Shown piece by piece: positions 27,887-36,703 of a DNA stretch of 48,493 bases. Source of the stretch: Nitrososphaerota archaeon. GTDB taxonomy: Archaea > Thermoproteota > Nitrososphaeria > Nitrososphaerales > Nitrosopumilaceae. Numbering within the stretch: position 1 is the first letter of the stretch; every line of letters begins with the position of its first letter. The notes under the pieces were generated by a model. The model was not told where the DNA came from, made no database searches, and saw only the letters and a list, made by a program, of their open reading frames with translations. The DNA is taken from assembly GCA_018668425.1 (NCBI GenBank), contig JABJDB010000112.1, forward strand, positions 1 through 48,493, written 5' to 3'. Both the position numbers and the translations under genes were made by a program.

Positions 27887-27975
27887 AAATATCTAGGATT
27901 TTGATGATGAAATTAGTATTTGCAGCAGTAGGTATGACTTTGATAGGATTGTATTTGTTTGGTCCTTACATTTAG
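27883..27975 (+). CDS. 30-aa single-TM micro-protein
   Basis: Manual translation: MKISRILMMKLVFAAVGMTLIGLYLFGPYI; ATGA overlap with the preceding ORF. Confidence 0.5.
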   Translation: MKISRILMMKLVFAAVGMTLIGLYLFGPYI

Positions 27976-27978
27976 AAA

Positions 27979-28560
27979 TTAATAATTATTAAAATTATTT
28001 TCATAAACTACTGTAGGATTCTTTAATTGTTTTTCTAAAGTTGGAAGAGATTTCATAATACAATAATTAACAAAATCACTAAATGATTTTATTCTATAAT
28101 CATTTCGAAGTGATTCTTTGTTTTCTTCATAAGTTAATTGTAATTTTTGCAAAGTAAATTTTTGTAATGGAACAAATCTACTACGTTTAGGTAATTGTGT
28201 CACTTCTAATTTTTCTTCAGAAGAAATTCCCAAGTCTTGTTGTCCACCAAGTGTATTCATATCTACAACTTCCTCCATTTCAGAAACAAAGATTTTTCCA
28301 CCATGATTTGCAGACAATCCAGAATTTTTAGAAATCATTTCAACTACTTTTCTTGCATCTTTGTTTGAAACTACCATTTCGAGTTTTGCTAAAGGAACTG
28401 ATTTGATTCCAGTAGAACCAATACGAGAACCTTTTGATTCATCGTAAATATTACTATCCTCTAAATTTCGTTTATCAATAATGTATGTTCCAACCGCACT
28501 AAGATTAGTTTTGATTACAGTGAAATTTCTTCTCTTAATTACAGCCTCTATCTTTTTCAC
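27979..28560 (-). CDS. P-II-like domain with a C-terminal extension (ribbon-helix-helix-like)
   Basis: MKKIEAVIK...KLEMVV...GGKIFVS, then about 80 extra residues including IKSFSDFVNYCI. Confidence 0.8.
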   Translation of the reverse strand: MKKIEAVIKRRNFTVIKTNLSAVGTYIIDKRNLEDSNIYDESKGSRIGSTGIKSVPLAKLEMVVSNKDARKVVEMISKNSGLSANHGGKIFVSEMEEVVDMNTLGGQQDLGISSEEKLEVTQLPKRSRFVPLQKFTLQKLQLTYEENKESLRNDYRIKSFSDFVNYCIMKSLPTLEKQLKNPTVVYENNFNNY

Positions 28561-28632
28561 AAATAAATTGCAAAATTAGGGTTATTTATGAGAAGAGCTA
28601 ATTTTCAAAGCAAAAATATGGTTTTTTATATT

Positions 28633-29775
28633 CTAAAAGCCAAATTTTGATTTCCAGCCATTTTTTTCTTTTGGTGGATTCAATGAAAGATTATCAAGCA
28701 TTTCATACGTGATGGTAAATCCATGTCCAACCAAAGTTGCATCTTTGGTATAATTCTCTTTGTTAGGCACAAATTGATCAGCTAAATCTTTAATTTTTTT
28801 TGTTTTTAGATCAAACAATCTAATTTTTTTGCCATTTTCTAAATGGATTTTTGCATCACCACTTATACCTTGAATTGAAAAGTTTTCAAAGAATCGGATT
28901 ATTCCTCCTTGTTTTAATTCAATTACAGAATCAAATGTGAATTTACTTCCATAAAACAAAATTTCACGAGCTGAAATTCTCACATCATCTTCAATGTTTA
29001 GAACTATTACTGTATCAGCATCAACTGTAACTGTATCTACAAGATTCTCAGCAATTACTTTACCATTAGGAGCTGAAATTTGTGTTCTATGTTCTTGAAT
29101 TTGATAAATACCTACTTTTCCATCAGGATCTTCAACTCTGAATTTTCGTCCATAGACATTTCCAACAACAGCATTTCCATTATCAACAATTATTCTAGCA
29201 CCGTTTTCAATTTTATATTTATTTTCTAATGGATTTACAAACTTAAAATCACCTGAAGTAAGATGTATGTTTGATTGATACTCTTTTGTCCATGATGGAC
29301 TAGTAATACTACCTTGCATTACAATTGGACCATCATAAGTTAAACTTCCTGCCATAAAATTTCCTTTAATTGATAATGCACCATTTGCCTTTCTTTCTAA
29401 TTCAATTTCACCAAGTGTTTTTGATCCAAATAATCTCGATGCAACAGAATTTGTTTTGTTTAACGTTGATGCCCATTCTTGTGCAGATTTCATTTCTTTT
29501 GATAATTCTTGACCTAAAATCTGATTTTTTCTTCTTACATCTTCTTCTGTTTCATCAGAGTAAACTCTTGAATTTTTTCTCTTTTCAATATCTGTTTCAG
29601 GATATTTTTTACCGATTTTGAGATCTTCATAGGCTTGTTTAATTTTAATAAATTGCTCATTTTCTCCACCACGATCTGAATGGAATTGAAGTGCTAATCG
29701 TCTAAATCCATCTCTAATTTCTTTTTCAGTGGAGCCTTCTAAAATTCCTAAAATATCAAAATTATTTTCAACCAT
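28633..29775 (-). CDS. J-domain protein with a long beta-rich C-terminal region
   Basis: FDILGI...EIRDGFRRLALQFHSDRGG..F..IKQAYEDL. Confidence 0.8.
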   Translation of the reverse strand: MVENNFDILGILEGSTEKEIRDGFRRLALQFHSDRGGENEQFIKIKQAYEDLKIGKKYPETDIEKRKNSRVYSDETEEDVRRKNQILGQELSKEMKSAQEWASTLNKTNSVASRLFGSKTLGEIELERKANGALSIKGNFMAGSLTYDGPIVMQGSITSPSWTKEYQSNIHLTSGDFKFVNPLENKYKIENGARIIVDNGNAVVGNVYGRKFRVEDPDGKVGIYQIQEHRTQISAPNGKVIAENLVDTVTVDADTVIVLNIEDDVRISAREILFYGSKFTFDSVIELKQGGIIRFFENFSIQGISGDAKIHLENGKKIRLFDLKTKKIKDLADQFVPNKENYTKDATLVGHGFTITYEMLDNLSLNPPKEKNGWKSKFGF

Positions 29776-29879
29776 ACCTTACACTAACTTGAATAATTTT
29801 TCTAATTGCTATACTTGTAAGTTTTCACACATAAAATTAACGACATAGATTAATTTTCTAGTTTAGAAAAGCCAGATAA

Positions 29880-31181
29880 TTGTCTGAACTAAAGCGACAC
29901 ATGAGTCTTTTTCATCTTACGATGTACGGTGTAGGATTGATTTTAGGCGCAGGAATCTATGTCTTAATTGGAGAAGCTGCAGGATTTGCTGGAAATTCAA
30001 TGTGGATTTCTTTTTTGTTGGGTTCAATAGTTGCAATTTTTGCAGGATTAAGTTATGCAGAATTAACTGCCTTGTATCCAAAAGCAGCAGCTGAATACAC
30101 ATTTGTAAAAAATGCTTTTAAAAATAATTTTTTTGGGTTCATTATTGGATGGTTAACTGCAATTACATCAATGATTGTTGCAGCAACTGTATCTTTGGGA
30201 TTTGGGGGTTACTTTACTCAATTTATAGAATTACCAATTACTTTTGTAGCAATTTTATTAATTGGAATTTTATCAATAGTAAATTTTATTGGAATTAAAG
30301 AATCAACTTGGGCAAATACAATTTTTGCATTAATTACAGCAGCTGGATTAATTTTAATTATAATTTTAGGATTAACTACAGAACCATCTAAACCAATTGA
30401 TTATTTTGAGATGCCAAATGGATCTACAGGAATTATTCTAGCGTTTGTATTGATTTTCTTTGCATTTATTGGATTTGAAGATATGGCAAATGTTGCTGAA
30501 GAAGTAAAAAGACCTCACAAAACAATTCCAAGAGCTATAATTTTGTCTGTAGTAATTACTGGAGTAATCTATATTCTAGTATCATTATCAGTTGTTCGAG
30601 TTTTAAATTGGGAAGAATTGAGTTTGTCTTCAGCACCACTTGCTGATGTAGCTAAGAATGTTTTAGGAACAAATGGAAGTATTACACTATCACTAATTGC
30701 ATTATTTGCTACGGCAAGTACTGTTTTGATTACATTAGTTGCAGGTGCACGAATTTTGTATGGAATGGCAAAAAGTAACTCATTGCCATTATTTTTGAGT
30801 AAGATTCACTCAAAGACTAAAACACCATGGATAGCTGTAATTGGAATTTTAATTGCCTCAGTAGGGTTTGCTTTTGTTGGAGACATAGTAGTTGTTGCAA
30901 ACATTACAGTTTTTGCAGTAGTCATAACATTTGCAGTGATTAATTTGGCAGTTATTGTACTTCGTTATACTGAACCAGAATTAGAAAGACCTTTCAGAGT
31001 TCCAGTTAACATTAGAAAATTTCCAATTTTACCATTATTTGGATTTGCAACTACCGTATACATGGCATTACAGTTTGAAATTGAAGTGGTTCTAGTAGGT
31101 TTTGCAATAATTGGTATTGGTGCAATATTTTATCTTATTTTGAAAAAAAGAAATCAAATTACAAATTCTGATCTTTCTTAG
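29880..31181 (+). CDS. APC-family amino acid permease
   Basis: GLILGAGIY, YAEL, FAFIGFE, AEEVKRP and RPFRVP; about 12 TMs. Confidence 0.92.
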   Translation: MSELKRHMSLFHLTMYGVGLILGAGIYVLIGEAAGFAGNSMWISFLLGSIVAIFAGLSYAELTALYPKAAAEYTFVKNAFKNNFFGFIIGWLTAITSMIVAATVSLGFGGYFTQFIELPITFVAILLIGILSIVNFIGIKESTWANTIFALITAAGLILIIILGLTTEPSKPIDYFEMPNGSTGIILAFVLIFFAFIGFEDMANVAEEVKRPHKTIPRAIILSVVITGVIYILVSLSVVRVLNWEELSLSSAPLADVAKNVLGTNGSITLSLIALFATASTVLITLVAGARILYGMAKSNSLPLFLSKIHSKTKTPWIAVIGILIASVGFAFVGDIVVVANITVFAVVITFAVINLAVIVLRYTEPELERPFRVPVNIRKFPILPLFGFATTVYMALQFEIEVVLVGFAIIGIGAIFYLILKKRNQITNSDLS

Positions 31182-31821
31182 ATTTTATAATGGCAATTAA
31201 TGCAATTGTTATTCCAATAATACCTACTCCAATTCCAACATAACCAACATCTATTGGTTGATTAGTTTTGTTTTGATTTACAGAGTCTTTTAGCTCACTT
31301 ACATCTTCAATTAATGCAGTATGTCCATCAATCATTTGTTGAACTGTGATATCTGATGGTTCAGGAAATTCAATGTAAGAGCGTTCTGCAACTTTTGGTG
31401 GATGCATTGATAAACTAATTGGTGTATCGTTAATTGTTCCCAACATATTTGCTTGATAGAATCCAGAAACTGTTGGATTAACAAAAGCATAGTATTTTCC
31501 AGGAATATCATGATCTGGTACAAGTGGAAGTGTTATGCTTTCATCCTTGTAAATTAACTGCATTTTTACAGTTTTTTTTAATCCTTCAATTCCATTTTGA
31601 AATTCTTGAGATTCTGCACATTTGATTGGTTCTGAAATTTTAGGACATGGAATTAATGGACTAACATAGAATTCAATTCCATTAGTCTCTCCAGAAACAA
31701 CTGGTTCATTCATCCACCCAATCTCTACTCTATATTCTCCAACTGCGTCAACTGTATGACCATATGCAATACTAACTGAACCTGGAATAATTAACAACAA
31801 CAAAAACATTACAAGTTTCAT
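31159..31821 (-). CDS. Exported membrane-anchored protein (mature N-terminal His)
   Basis: Signal peptide ending AYG|H, GWxNEP motif, C-terminal TM and basic tail. Confidence 0.6.
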   Translation of the reverse strand: MKLVMFLLLLIIPGSVSIAYGHTVDAVGEYRVEIGWMNEPVVSGETNGIEFYVSPLIPCPKISEPIKCAESQEFQNGIEGLKKTVKMQLIYKDESITLPLVPDHDIPGKYYAFVNPTVSGFYQANMLGTINDTPISLSMHPPKVAERSYIEFPEPSDITVQQMIDGHTALIEDVSELKDSVNQNKTNQPIDVGYVGIGVGIIGITIALIAIIKSKKDQNL

Positions 31822-31894
31822 ACTAAAAAATTATAATCTTATTTTAAAAATGTTCTAATAATTTTCTAATGATGAGTTTTGATATTTGTACCAG

Positions 31895-33340
31895 TTATGC
31901 ATCTGCATACATTGAAACTTCCCAGGTTGTAGGAGTTTGAGCAAATGCAGTATATTCATTATATTTTAATTCTGAATATTTTTCAATGAAATCTTTTGTG
32001 AAAACATCTTCTAAGAATTTTGAATCGCTAGACAAAGAATCCAATGCACCTTTTAGTGATACTGGTAGTGAGCCGATTTTGTATTCACGTTTCTTTTCTG
32101 TAGAAAGTTTGTATACATTCTCTTCAATAGGATCTCCTGGCTCAATTTTGTTTTTGATTCCATCTAATCCTGCTAGTAACAATGCTGCTTCTAAAAGATA
32201 GATATTTGCAGTAGGATCAGGTACACGATATTCCATTCTTTTACTTTTTTCTTGATTTCGATTATACATTGGAACTCTCACTGCAGCAGATCTGTTTCCT
32301 AATCCCCAACAAACATTGACTGGTGCTTCAAATCCAGGAACAAGACGTTTGTAAGAATTTGTAGTTGGATTGGATATTGCACATAATGCAGATGCGTGAC
32401 TCAAAATTCCACCAATATAGTATCTTCCAGTTTGACTTAACTGAGCTAGATTATCATTTTCATCATACATTGCATTTGAATTTCCATTCCACAAACTTTG
32501 ATGAGTATGCATAGCTGATGCATTATCTCCAAAAATTGGTTTTGGCATAAAAGTTGCTACTTTATTTTTTCGTTTAGCTTTTACTTTAACTAAATTTTTT
32601 ACAGCGATTATGTTATCTGCCATTACAATCATTTCATCATAAACTAAATTAATTTCACATTGACCAGAAGTTGCTACTTCATGATGTTCAGCTTCAATCT
32701 TTATTCCAAAATAATTATACAAATCATCACAAATATCTTTTCTAAATCCATCAAGTGTATCTTTAGGCTGTGATGGATAATATCCTTCTTTGATATCAAT
32801 TGCAGTGCTTACGTTTCCTTTAGACCATGGAGATTCTTTTGATTCAATAGAATAACCTGAGCCTGCACCAGAATGTGTTGCAGCATATGGTGATGGATAA
32901 ACATTGATTGCATCAAAAACAAAGAATTCTATTTCGGGTCCCCAATTAGTATGAGAAAATCCAAAATATTTTAATTTCTCTGATGCTTTGTGTGCAATTC
33001 CTCTAGAGTCTCGATTATATCGTGATTCTTTATTTGTACTTCCATCATACAGATCACAAAAAATTCTTGCATTCTTTCTATTACCTGGATCATAATCAGG
33101 TGGAAGAATTTTAAATGAATTAGGATCAGGCATTAAAATCATATCAGAGTTATTTACAGATTTAAATCCAACAATCGAACTTGCATCCAATTTTTCAAGG
33201 CCATTTACAAAACTATCTTTATCAATTGCATAACTTGGCATTCCAACATTATGTAGTTCTCCAAAAATATCTACAAACCAAAAGTCAATGAAAGAGATAT
33301 TTTCATCTTGAATTGTTTGTAGTACTTGATCTGCGTTCAA
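31895..33340 (-). CDS. glnA: Glutamine synthetase type I, second paralog
   Basis: DASS, GPEIEF, HHEVA, MPKP, SYKRLVPGFEAP, NRS and EYRVPD motifs. Confidence 0.9.
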   Translation of the reverse strand: MNADQVLQTIQDENISFIDFWFVDIFGELHNVGMPSYAIDKDSFVNGLEKLDASSIVGFKSVNNSDMILMPDPNSFKILPPDYDPGNRKNARIFCDLYDGSTNKESRYNRDSRGIAHKASEKLKYFGFSHTNWGPEIEFFVFDAINVYPSPYAATHSGAGSGYSIESKESPWSKGNVSTAIDIKEGYYPSQPKDTLDGFRKDICDDLYNYFGIKIEAEHHEVATSGQCEINLVYDEMIVMADNIIAVKNLVKVKAKRKNKVATFMPKPIFGDNASAMHTHQSLWNGNSNAMYDENDNLAQLSQTGRYYIGGILSHASALCAISNPTTNSYKRLVPGFEAPVNVCWGLGNRSAAVRVPMYNRNQEKSKRMEYRVPDPTANIYLLEAALLLAGLDGIKNKIEPGDPIEENVYKLSTEKKREYKIGSLPVSLKGALDSLSSDSKFLEDVFTKDFIEKYSELKYNEYTAFAQTPTTWEVSMYADA

Positions 33341-33430
33341 TTATTGTTTTTAGAGAATTAGTTTACTAATGTTATTTAGTAAGATAGAATTGTCAAGATG
33401 GTCAGGTAAATTCTAAGATTTTGACTAGTT

Positions 33431-34771
33431 TTAATGAGATGACGTTATCGTTTTCATCTCATCATCAAAGAAGAATTTTTCTGAAAATGCAGGAGTCAAA
33501 TCATCTAACCAAATTGCATTTTCATCATATTTTGCAAAAAATGGAACATCCACCCAATCAGGATTTCTGCCTTGCAAGAATCTTAAAACGATCATTTTTT
33601 GATCATTAATTGTTGTAGTTCCAATCACGTGTACTTTACCTGGGGTTGCTGACATACTAGGACCACGAACAGTTCTTGCTAATCCACTTACTGAGGAATA
33701 TGCCTTTTTGAAAATTTCTTGAGCTTTAATCAAAGAGATTCCAAAATAGTGCTGTGCTCCCGTATCTCTTACTACAAACATGTAATATGGAATACAACCC
33801 AATTGAACCTGTTTTGTCCACATTTTTGCCCACATTTCTGAATCATCATTAATGTGTGCCAATATTGGGGATTGAGTTCTAATTTGTGCTCCAGTCGCTC
33901 TTACTTTTTTGATTGCATCTTTTACAGCATCAGTTGATAATTCTGTTAGATGATTAAAGTGGGCCATAAATGCAAGATGAATTCCATTATCAGTAATTTT
34001 TTTGAAAACATCTAACATTTCTTGAGAATCAGAATCAGTCAAAAATTTGTATGGCCAATATGATAATGCTTTTGTTCCAATTCTGATTGTTTTAAGATTA
34101 GGAAGTTTTGCATCAATTAATGCATCAACGTATTTTGAAAACATTTTAGCTTTCATTATCATCGGATCACCGCCAGTGAATAATACATCACTAATTTCTG
34201 GATGTTCTCTTACATATTGAACAAGTTGTTGTCCTTCTTGCATTGCAAATTTCATTTCATCCATTCCAACAAATTGTGGCCATCTAAAACAAAAACTACA
34301 ATATGCATGGCATGTTTGACTTTGACTTGGGAAAAACAGACATGTTTCTTTGTATTTGTGTTGCATACCATACAATTTGGTTCCATCATTAAGAGTTGGA
34401 ACATTTAATTCCATTTGTCCAGCTGGATGTGGATTCAATTGTAATCTAATTTCATTTGCAATATTTGCAATTTCTTTTTTATCAGCATTATTTTTTAAAG
34501 CAGTTTCCATTTTTTTGTAATGTTCTTGACTAAGCATTCCTTTTTGTGGAAAAGTTAAAACAAACATTGAATCGTTTGGAATGTTGTTCCAATCAATTAA
34601 TTGTTCAACAACATAGTTGTTAGTTTTAAAAGGTAAAACATTTCCTACAACTTCCATTTCAAATTGAGTTTCTTCAGAAAGTCTTTGAATTTGTGGTAGT
34701 TCTCTAAAATTTGCTAAAGTAATTGATTTTAAAGATGGAGAATCATCCCAAACTGATTCTTGATAGGTCAT
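33431..34771 (-). CDS. KamA-family radical SAM/PLP 2,3-aminomutase (substrate probably not lysine)
   Basis: HKY, CHAYCSFCFR (CxxxCxxC), TGGDP, RIGTK, HFNH, PYY and PGK (PLP Lys). Confidence 0.85.
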   Translation of the reverse strand: MTYQESVWDDSPSLKSITLANFRELPQIQRLSEETQFEMEVVGNVLPFKTNNYVVEQLIDWNNIPNDSMFVLTFPQKGMLSQEHYKKMETALKNNADKKEIANIANEIRLQLNPHPAGQMELNVPTLNDGTKLYGMQHKYKETCLFFPSQSQTCHAYCSFCFRWPQFVGMDEMKFAMQEGQQLVQYVREHPEISDVLFTGGDPMIMKAKMFSKYVDALIDAKLPNLKTIRIGTKALSYWPYKFLTDSDSQEMLDVFKKITDNGIHLAFMAHFNHLTELSTDAVKDAIKKVRATGAQIRTQSPILAHINDDSEMWAKMWTKQVQLGCIPYYMFVVRDTGAQHYFGISLIKAQEIFKKAYSSVSGLARTVRGPSMSATPGKVHVIGTTTINDQKMIVLRFLQGRNPDWVDVPFFAKYDENAIWLDDLTPAFSEKFFFDDEMKTITSSH

Positions 34772-34922
34772 TTAGTAAATAGTCCATTTACTATTGTTAA
34801 AGGTTGCAAGTATTTTACGCACAAAATTTCATAATGAATTGATAAAAATTTCAATAAATAATGACAATATGCCTTAACGTTTGTATTCAAGAAGATGAAT
34901 TTGAGTAGAATGGTGATTATTA

Positions 34923-36665
34923 GTGGCTGAAGGAGACTTGACACAAATTCCAGTTGGACAGTTTGAAACAGTTTCACAGCTTTTAGCATCAAATGAATCA
35001 ATTCAAATTGCATTTTCTATAATGATTTTAGGAATTATTGGAATAGCAATTGGTTATAGGAAATTTTCATTTTGGGTAGGTTCACAGAAATTCTATTATC
35101 AAAAACCACATTTAGCAAGATTTGCACGCAGAGCAATTCTACCAGTTTTAGGAATTGTGTTAATTACATTAATCAATGTTCACATACAAAATGGTATTTT
35201 GTTAGGTGAGGACTTGACTATAGAGGGGGATGAAGATATTTCACCTCAAGAAATATTTGCAAAGATTCTCAACACATTCAATATTTTGGTAATCGGTTAT
35301 ACAATTTCGCATCTTATCCCAATTGGTCTTAACAAACGTGAAAAAACAGAATTAGAAAAACAGGATTTTGATGCCTGGTTTGAAATGAGAGGATATGTTG
35401 ATGATAATGATGAATTGTTCCATAAATTGTACAAGTGGGTTCCACCAAAAGTCATTCCAGAAGATATTCCAGAGGAGGAATTCAAAGAGATGTTAAAAAC
35501 AGAAGAAGGCATGTTAGATTTGGAACGATTCCGAACATCAAAAGGAAATGCAATTGGCGGATATGAAAAATTAGTTGATAAACCATTTGAAGAATGGAAA
35601 AAATCTGAGCGTTTGAAATATGAAAAATATTATCAAAATTGTATTACTGGTAACAATCAATCTGGAAGAAAGTTAAAACCAGGTGCAAAACCTGATGAAA
35701 TATTTCCTATTGATGTATGGAGAGAAGAAAAAAGAACAAATGGCTTTGAGCCACTAATTCCAAGTTCTCGTCCTCCAGGATATGCAAAAAAGAAAAGAGA
35801 GGGAATTCCAAAATCTGCAAGACAGGTTCTTCCAGTTGGAATTTTTGTTGCAACAATTTTAGGAGTTGTTGCTTGGTGGGGTGTTGATCTGATTGTACTT
35901 GCTACAGCTACAGGTGGAATGGCAATTGGTATAGGATTAGCATTGCAAGAGACAATGCAGAATTATTTTGCATATATTCTCATAAGAAAAGATAAGATAT
36001 TTGTCGAAGGTGAGCGTGTAAAACTAGATACAGGATATAATGGCTATGTACACAAAATTACGCCTAGAGTTACCTATATTCGAGATGCATTAAATGAATC
36101 AGTTGCAATAATTCCAACAAGACAATTAGTTAATGCACAGGTGATTAATTATACACAGGGAATAAAGATGGTACCTGCAATTGTAGATGTGGGAGTTTCT
36201 TATCTTAATGATCCTAAACAAGTTTCAGCTATTCTTGTAAAAGTTGGGAAACGTGCAATGAATGAAGTGGTTGATGGTAGAGGTAGACATCTCATTACAC
36301 AAATTCGATGTCCATACTTGAAACATAATCAACCAAGTTGTGGTTGTGATAAAGATATTCATGTTGATATCAATCAGCCAGTTGTGAGATTTAACCAATT
36401 CAATGATTCTGCATTAGATTTTTCATTATGGGTTTATGTTAGAGATTATGGTGCACAATTCAAAACTAAAACAGACATGAGGATAATCATGTATGAAGAG
36501 TTCAAGAAATATGATATTAGAATTCCATGGCCAATTAGAACAGTATACCAAGGAGATGAAAAACGTGAACAAGAAGAGATCGATAAACTGGAGGATCAGA
36601 GAAATACAGTTATTGATAAATACGGTATAGGGGATCTTGGCCGCGGTAGTGGCGAGGATGAATAA
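34923..36665 (+). CDS. mscS: MscS-family mechanosensitive channel with large insertions
   Basis: IGIGLALQETMQN, GERV..G.V.KI..R, IPT..L...VIN, VGVSY, F.DSALDF and IRIPWP motifs. Confidence 0.88.
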   Translation: MAEGDLTQIPVGQFETVSQLLASNESIQIAFSIMILGIIGIAIGYRKFSFWVGSQKFYYQKPHLARFARRAILPVLGIVLITLINVHIQNGILLGEDLTIEGDEDISPQEIFAKILNTFNILVIGYTISHLIPIGLNKREKTELEKQDFDAWFEMRGYVDDNDELFHKLYKWVPPKVIPEDIPEEEFKEMLKTEEGMLDLERFRTSKGNAIGGYEKLVDKPFEEWKKSERLKYEKYYQNCITGNNQSGRKLKPGAKPDEIFPIDVWREEKRTNGFEPLIPSSRPPGYAKKKREGIPKSARQVLPVGIFVATILGVVAWWGVDLIVLATATGGMAIGIGLALQETMQNYFAYILIRKDKIFVEGERVKLDTGYNGYVHKITPRVTYIRDALNESVAIIPTRQLVNAQVINYTQGIKMVPAIVDVGVSYLNDPKQVSAILVKVGKRAMNEVVDGRGRHLITQIRCPYLKHNQPSCGCDKDIHVDINQPVVRFNQFNDSALDFSLWVYVRDYGAQFKTKTDMRIIMYEEFKKYDIRIPWPIRTVYQGDEKREQEEIDKLEDQRNTVIDKYGIGDLGRGSGEDE

Positions 36666-36703
36666 TCTTCTCAAAACTTAAGAATCCCATTAATTCACAT
36701 TGC

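Noticed and set aside
34768-35013. 81-aa minus ORF upstream of the aminomutase
   Set aside because: Overlaps the mscS start and the divergent promoter; composition is not protein-like
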